A stretch of 64,000 nucleotides of DNA. Origin: Trichodelitschia bisporula. Taxonomy: Eukaryota. The position numbers and the translations under genes were made by a program. Below are positions 59,584 to 64,000 of the stretch, in pieces. The stretch is from positions 1-64,000 of the forward strand of contig ML996699.1 in NCBI GenBank assembly GCA_010356995.1, in the 5' to 3' direction. Numbering within the stretch: the stretch's first letter is position 1; every line of letters begins with the position of its first letter. The notes under the pieces are model-generated. The model was not told where the DNA came from. It did no database searches and was given only the letters and a program-made list of their open reading frames with translations.

Positions 59584-61680
59584 TCACGCCTGCGGCGGCC
59601 GCAGCAGCCCACCAGGCGCATCTCCTGGTGCCGTCGACTCGGCCCTCGCACTCGGCCCGGCCTCCTCGCTCCCCGCTGCGCTCGAACCACCTACCGGCGC
59701 CACCAGGATCTCCGGTGACCACGTGCGACCACGCGGCTGCGCAGGAATAATGGTAACCGGCAAGTCCACTTCAGCTTGGTCTCGCTCACGCCGCTCGCGC
59801 CACCGCTCGCCCGCCTCAGCGGCAAACGCGCCCACGCGGCCCTTGATGTCCCACGGCGGGTAACTATGGGCAGGTTGACGGCGGACATTCGTCAAGGGCA
59901 CGGGTTCGATGACCTGGGCGTTGCGCACCTCAGCGGGCGGGAGAGCGGGTTTACGCTTGAATGGGTTGGAGAGCATGGAGAGGAAGCCACGCGGAGGTGC
60001 TGGGGCGGCAGCCTTTTCGGGGTCGGCGGGTGCAGCGGGAAGAGGCTTGTTGGATGGTGCCTGCTCGGATGGACGAACGTCGGGAGCGGGAGTCGGTAGT
60101 CGTGGTGCCCTATGATGGTGGGCCGGTGTCGGAGCCACGTGGTAGCGGATGGTATATACGGTGCTGTCAGCGCTGCCTGTGTCGGCGCGGCTGATGGGTG
60201 TGACCGCCGCGGGCGGCGGAGTCGTAACAGGATGCCCGGTGGCAAGCTGATCGCGTGGGTTCCGATCGTGTCCGTTTTCGGGAATGCGGGACAGGCGCGA
60301 GCGCTGCGAGTTGGAGCGCGGCGGTGTCGTCGTGTCCGCATACTCGTTGTCGAGCGCCGTCGACTTTCCTCCTCCCTCCCCTCCTCCGCCGCCTCCACCG
60401 CCTCCCCACCCGTCGCGCGACCAGAAGCGTGACCGCAATGACCGCGGCCAAATCACCTCCTGGGGCGTCATGTCGATCATCTCGTCTCCATCAAAAATCT
60501 CCCGGCCCAGAATGCCGTCCTTCTTCTCTTCGCGCTCCAGCGCCTCAATCCGCTCCACCCACTCCCACACAATCACGCTCGCGGCCGCCGCGCCCACCCA
60601 CCGGAAATAGTCCCCCCAGCCAGCCACGCTGGCATTCGATATGTCGGTAATGAAAAACACGACGGGCGTCAGCACCGCAACAATAGATAAGAGCGCAACC
60701 AAGGAAACATTCCACATCTTCTTGTGGTAAAAGGCATAGCGTCGCTTTGCGATGCTGTAGTAAATGACCCACGCCGCGTAGAGCATGCTCAGCGCCAGCT
60801 GGAAAAGGTAGCTGAGCGCCGGAATGGCATCTCGAAAGCGACGCGGACGCCCCACGGGATTGCCCATGAAGCTGTTGAGACAAGAAAATGTCGAATCCAA
60901 AATAATTAGCGCAAACCCAATCCACTTGATCAGCACCTTCTCCTTGTGCCGCGGAAAGAGTCGTATAAGTGTCTGCACCTGCGCGAGCCACAAGAAGATG
61001 TCGCTGATGACGCGCGACACCTTGATCTCGGTGCTGCCGACAACCTCGGCGCGCAGCGCTTCCGCATTCATGTATCCCGTCGCGTACTGTCGCTCGGCGA
61101 CCTCGAATGTGTCGGCCGTCGCGATGGTCAGTGACACAGCGACGGTCAATGCCGCGACCTTCTGCAGCCAAGGGCGCGAGCCGACGCCGATGACCGACGT
61201 GCTGCCCTGACTGCCACTGATCATGCCACGGCGCCCGAGCAAGCCAAACCCGCCGCCCGCACCGCCGACGAAGAAGGTGCGTGGTGTTATGAGCAACATG
61301 ACGACGAGCATCCATGCGATGACGGTCGCAGCGCCCGTAGCGTAGGCCTGAGGTGTGACGGAAGCGTGGAAGGGGTCCTTGACGTCGGAGATACTCGAGA
61401 TGCCATCAAAGGCGGCCTCGAGCGAGCCTGTTGTGCCGCAGTCGGGTGTGAAGACAACATTGCTGGTGAAGGTAAGGGTGGAGGTCGGGTTGATGCTGAG
61501 GAAGCCGCGCGCGGGGAGAGTGAAGGCGGTGCAGTGCTCGACAGTGGCCGCCGGCGCGGCCGTCGCCTCCTCCTTCTCCGCACCGAGCGATGACAGGCGC
61601 ACCTGGCGGGCGCTGCGCGTCTGCGTGGGCTCGAGCCAGACCTGGCGGCGTTGGAGGGTGGTAGGCGGTGGTGTTGGCAT
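59584..61680 (-). CDS. palH: Ambient pH sensor PalH/Rim21 (7-TM)
   Basis: DPFHASV; SRPWLQKVAALTVAVSLTIAT; FLWLAQVQTLIRLFPRHKEK; YYSIAKRRYAF; RWVGAAAASVIVWEWVERIEALEREEKKDGILGREIFDGDEM. Single exon. Confidence 0.96.
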   Translation of the reverse strand: MPTPPPTTLQRRQVWLEPTQTRSARQVRLSSLGAEKEEATAAPAATVEHCTAFTLPARGFLSINPTSTLTFTSNVVFTPDCGTTGSLEAAFDGISSISDVKDPFHASVTPQAYATGAATVIAWMLVVMLLITPRTFFVGGAGGGFGLLGRRGMISGSQGSTSVIGVGSRPWLQKVAALTVAVSLTIATADTFEVAERQYATGYMNAEALRAEVVGSTEIKVSRVISDIFLWLAQVQTLIRLFPRHKEKVLIKWIGFALIILDSTFSCLNSFMGNPVGRPRRFRDAIPALSYLFQLALSMLYAAWVIYYSIAKRRYAFYHKKMWNVSLVALLSIVAVLTPVVFFITDISNASVAGWGDYFRWVGAAAASVIVWEWVERIEALEREEKKDGILGREIFDGDEMIDMTPQEVIWPRSLRSRFWSRDGWGGGGGGGGGEGGGKSTALDNEYADTTTPPRSNSQRSRLSRIPENGHDRNPRDQLATGHPVTTPPPAAVTPISRADTGSADSTVYTIRYHVAPTPAHHHRAPRLPTPAPDVRPSEQAPSNKPLPAAPADPEKAAAPAPPRGFLSMLSNPFKRKPALPPAEVRNAQVIEPVPLTNVRRQPAHSYPPWDIKGRVGAFAAEAGERWRERRERDQAEVDLPVTIIPAQPRGRTWSPEILVAPVGGSSAAGSEEAGPSARAESTAPGDAPGGLLRPPQA

Positions 61681-64000
61681 GCCTCTTCCTCTATCTCTCG
61701 CCTCTATCCGCTGAGGTCGAGGGCGACGAGGGAATCAAGGGGGAGGGGGCGCAATGCGCGGGTTTTGTCGAGGTTGTGGCAGCCCGACTTTCGATGGGAC
61801 ACGATGGATGAGTGTAGTTTGGTGATGGTTAGAGTAGGAGGGTGGGAGGTTTAACGGTGTGGTAGGATTGGCATTGCCAAGGTGATGCTTGTGTTTTGTG
61901 CTGGTGTTGGCAAGTTTGGGGTTTTTGGGGGGGGGGGGGGGTTGAAGGGTTTAGGAATGGGAGCGAGCGGTTGGCTTTGGGTGGGGACGAGACTTCTGGG
62001 GGTGTCCGGGGGGGGTGGAGTGCCCTGGGTGGAGCGAGAGAGAAGGGGGGCGTGGAGGGGTCCCTTGGGTGTGGGGGGGGAACCAAGACCTTGAAATGTT
62101 GAGTGAGTGGAAGACAGCGAGAAGAAGAACGGGGCGAGGACGGCAATGCAAGAGACTTGAACGGCATTCCCTGACTTTGCGAGTTGCAGGAGAATGGCAG
62201 CTGATGAGCCGAAGAGTTGTGAGGAGGAAAACGGCGAGGCTTGAGGAAGAAGCCGGAGAGAGACGAGAGAAGTGGTGACAGTGAAAGCTGTGAGATGCGA
62301 TACATACTCCCAAGACTCCCTTCCAATTGTTTCTCACTATCTTCCCATCCGCCCCCAAATAACTCTTCCCCGACTCAGATCTTGAGGGCATCGCGGCGCT
62401 TCTTCGGTGGTATTGTAGGAGGCACGCAAGCCCGCAGCAGAAAAGAAAGTCGAGGAGACGGTGGTGGCCGCGTCTGTGTTCCTTTCCGTCACTCTCCACC
62501 ACTCACCACTCTTCCCTCTCCACCCACCGCTCAGCCAGCAGCTTCTCACCACATACTAACCCACCATTCAGCAATCAGCCGGCCACACAAGCTCCAGCAC
62601 CCGTCAGCCCGGGGTGCCTGGCCCCGGAAACGAGAAGCGGTGGAGTCCGGTGCGGCAGGACAGCGTGTGGGACGAAGCAGTGCTTATCACGCATTGGCGA
62701 TGCTTTTCTCCCGCCCGCCGGGTGTTGATCACGATGGTGATAGGTTCTGCCCTGCCCAGCTTGGTGTTCTTGGTTTGCAATGGTCATTCTCGGGAGCGTA
62801 GCGTGCAGAGTCCCCTACCCGTAGACTCTAGAACTAGACTCGAGGGGACTAGCAAGATGGTGAACCTCTAGCCTAGCCTACCTTACATTCAATTCATCGA
62901 TGTTAGCAAGACCTTCAGAATCAAGACCCCAACAACAGTAACAACAACATAACAAAACATCAAGCCGCCTACCGCCTCTCTCACTTCCTCATCACGCGTA
63001 ACCTCGCCTCCAACAAGCCATCCCCATCAGCCGGGACCGCCTCCGACCCACCCGAGTCCACCGCCCCCAAAACACAGCAACCCCGCCCCGTGGATCCCAG
63101 CACCCGCGCGGCAGCAGCTCACGCACAGCCATGGACAAACATGAACAATGCGAGCAAAGCCGCATCCCGTGAGCAAAGCGACTCAGGCCGAACAAGATCT
63201 ACCACCAACTCCAAGCGCATCAACGCTCCTGACCAAACAGCCCCCAAGCTATGCGCCAACCCAGCGTTTCCCACCGTACATCACGTTTCATCCCCGCAAC
63301 TAGCAATGCACACTGGCATGCGTTTCACGCCCCCGACATCCCCCGTTTCGATCAGACTCAGCCTGCGGCCGTACAGTGGGGCGACGCGAGACGCGGGAGC
63401 GGCTCCCGTAAACCAACGCGACCCGTCACCGCATCTGTTGTTCTCGAGGGCAATCGGCAGTTTCGCGTCGACGATGGCCAGATCGGCAGGCTGCCGCGTG
63501 GGCCTCGGCCCGGCGAGGACTCGGCACGGGTCTAGGCTCGGCGCGGGGTCAGGTCCCGCTCAAGGCCTTCAGGCAGAATAAGGCATCAGCACCAACGTCG
63601 CCAACGTCGCCAACGTCGCCGACGCTCAGGAAAAAGGAAGTAGAGTACGGCTTCTCGAAGCACAGCACCGCGGTCAAGTGACCCACCCCTCCGGCAGATC
63701 CCCATCCGCCTGGCTTGCGAACTTGAAGAACTGCACCCACCCGCGCTGCACTGCCCCGCCTGCGTCAACCCCGCACTTCCCCTCCCCCGGGGTGCCAAGC
63801 ATCTATCCAGGACTTCTCACGATGGCATTGCGTAGAGATGGTCTATCTGTCGAGCGCCGGATCGCGATACAACGATCCTATGCGCCGCTATTATGGCTCC
63901 TTCTATCCCTCTCAGCTCGCAGTATTGTAAGCTCCACGATGTAGCTCATCTGCTTATTTCCCATCGTCCGCGCCCAGCCCAACCGTACCCCACCCACCAT

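Noticed and set aside
61915..62080. G-runs upstream of palH (possible G-quadruplex)
   Set aside because: On the transcribed strand this is an ordinary pyrimidine-rich promoter/UTR tract, and homopolymer lengths are error-prone.
63592..63624. (CCAACGTCG)x3 microrepeat and nearby short ORFs at the right end
   Set aside because: Simple repeat; no supported gene model in 61.7-64 kb.
61876..63800. PacC-type GCCARG sites upstream of palH
   Set aside because: The few copies seen over about 2 kb are roughly what chance gives in GC-rich DNA; no clustering.

Overview
Eukaryotic, GC-rich, gene-dense window from a filamentous ascomycete (Pezizomycotina-type genes; very short GT..CTRAC..YAG introns, mostly 39-55 nt). 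It is mainly conserved housekeeping genes: DCN1, EFL1/RIA1, an OPY1-like double-PH protein, Tea4/Bud14, GEP4, SMD3, IRC6, a HAM1-like protein, a bestrophin-type channel, an NmrA-like reductase, PTM1, NCS2, a DUF4112 protein, DCP2, IBA57, a C2H2 transcription factor, SAF1, GLO2, MVP1 and palH/RIM21. Small accessory patches lie between them: (i) a decaying NLR-like PNP_UDP-NACHT-ankyrin gene whose PNP_UDP domain is intact and can end at a stop inside the next intron; (ii) a DUF3425 pseudogene between two diverged direct repeats 2200 bp apart; (iii) a broken C2H2 gene and a 30-bp-repeat relic at the left end; (iv) two secreted Cys-rich proteins, one built from two duplicated modules separated by a KR site. 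Splice-level oddities include a 708-nt in-frame, stop-free exitron candidate in tea4, a possible NLS-bearing upstream exon for DCN1, and five near-identical intron ends in GLO2. I found no rRNA, tRNA, CRISPR array or intact transposon. All family assignments come from motif recognition by eye, not database searches.
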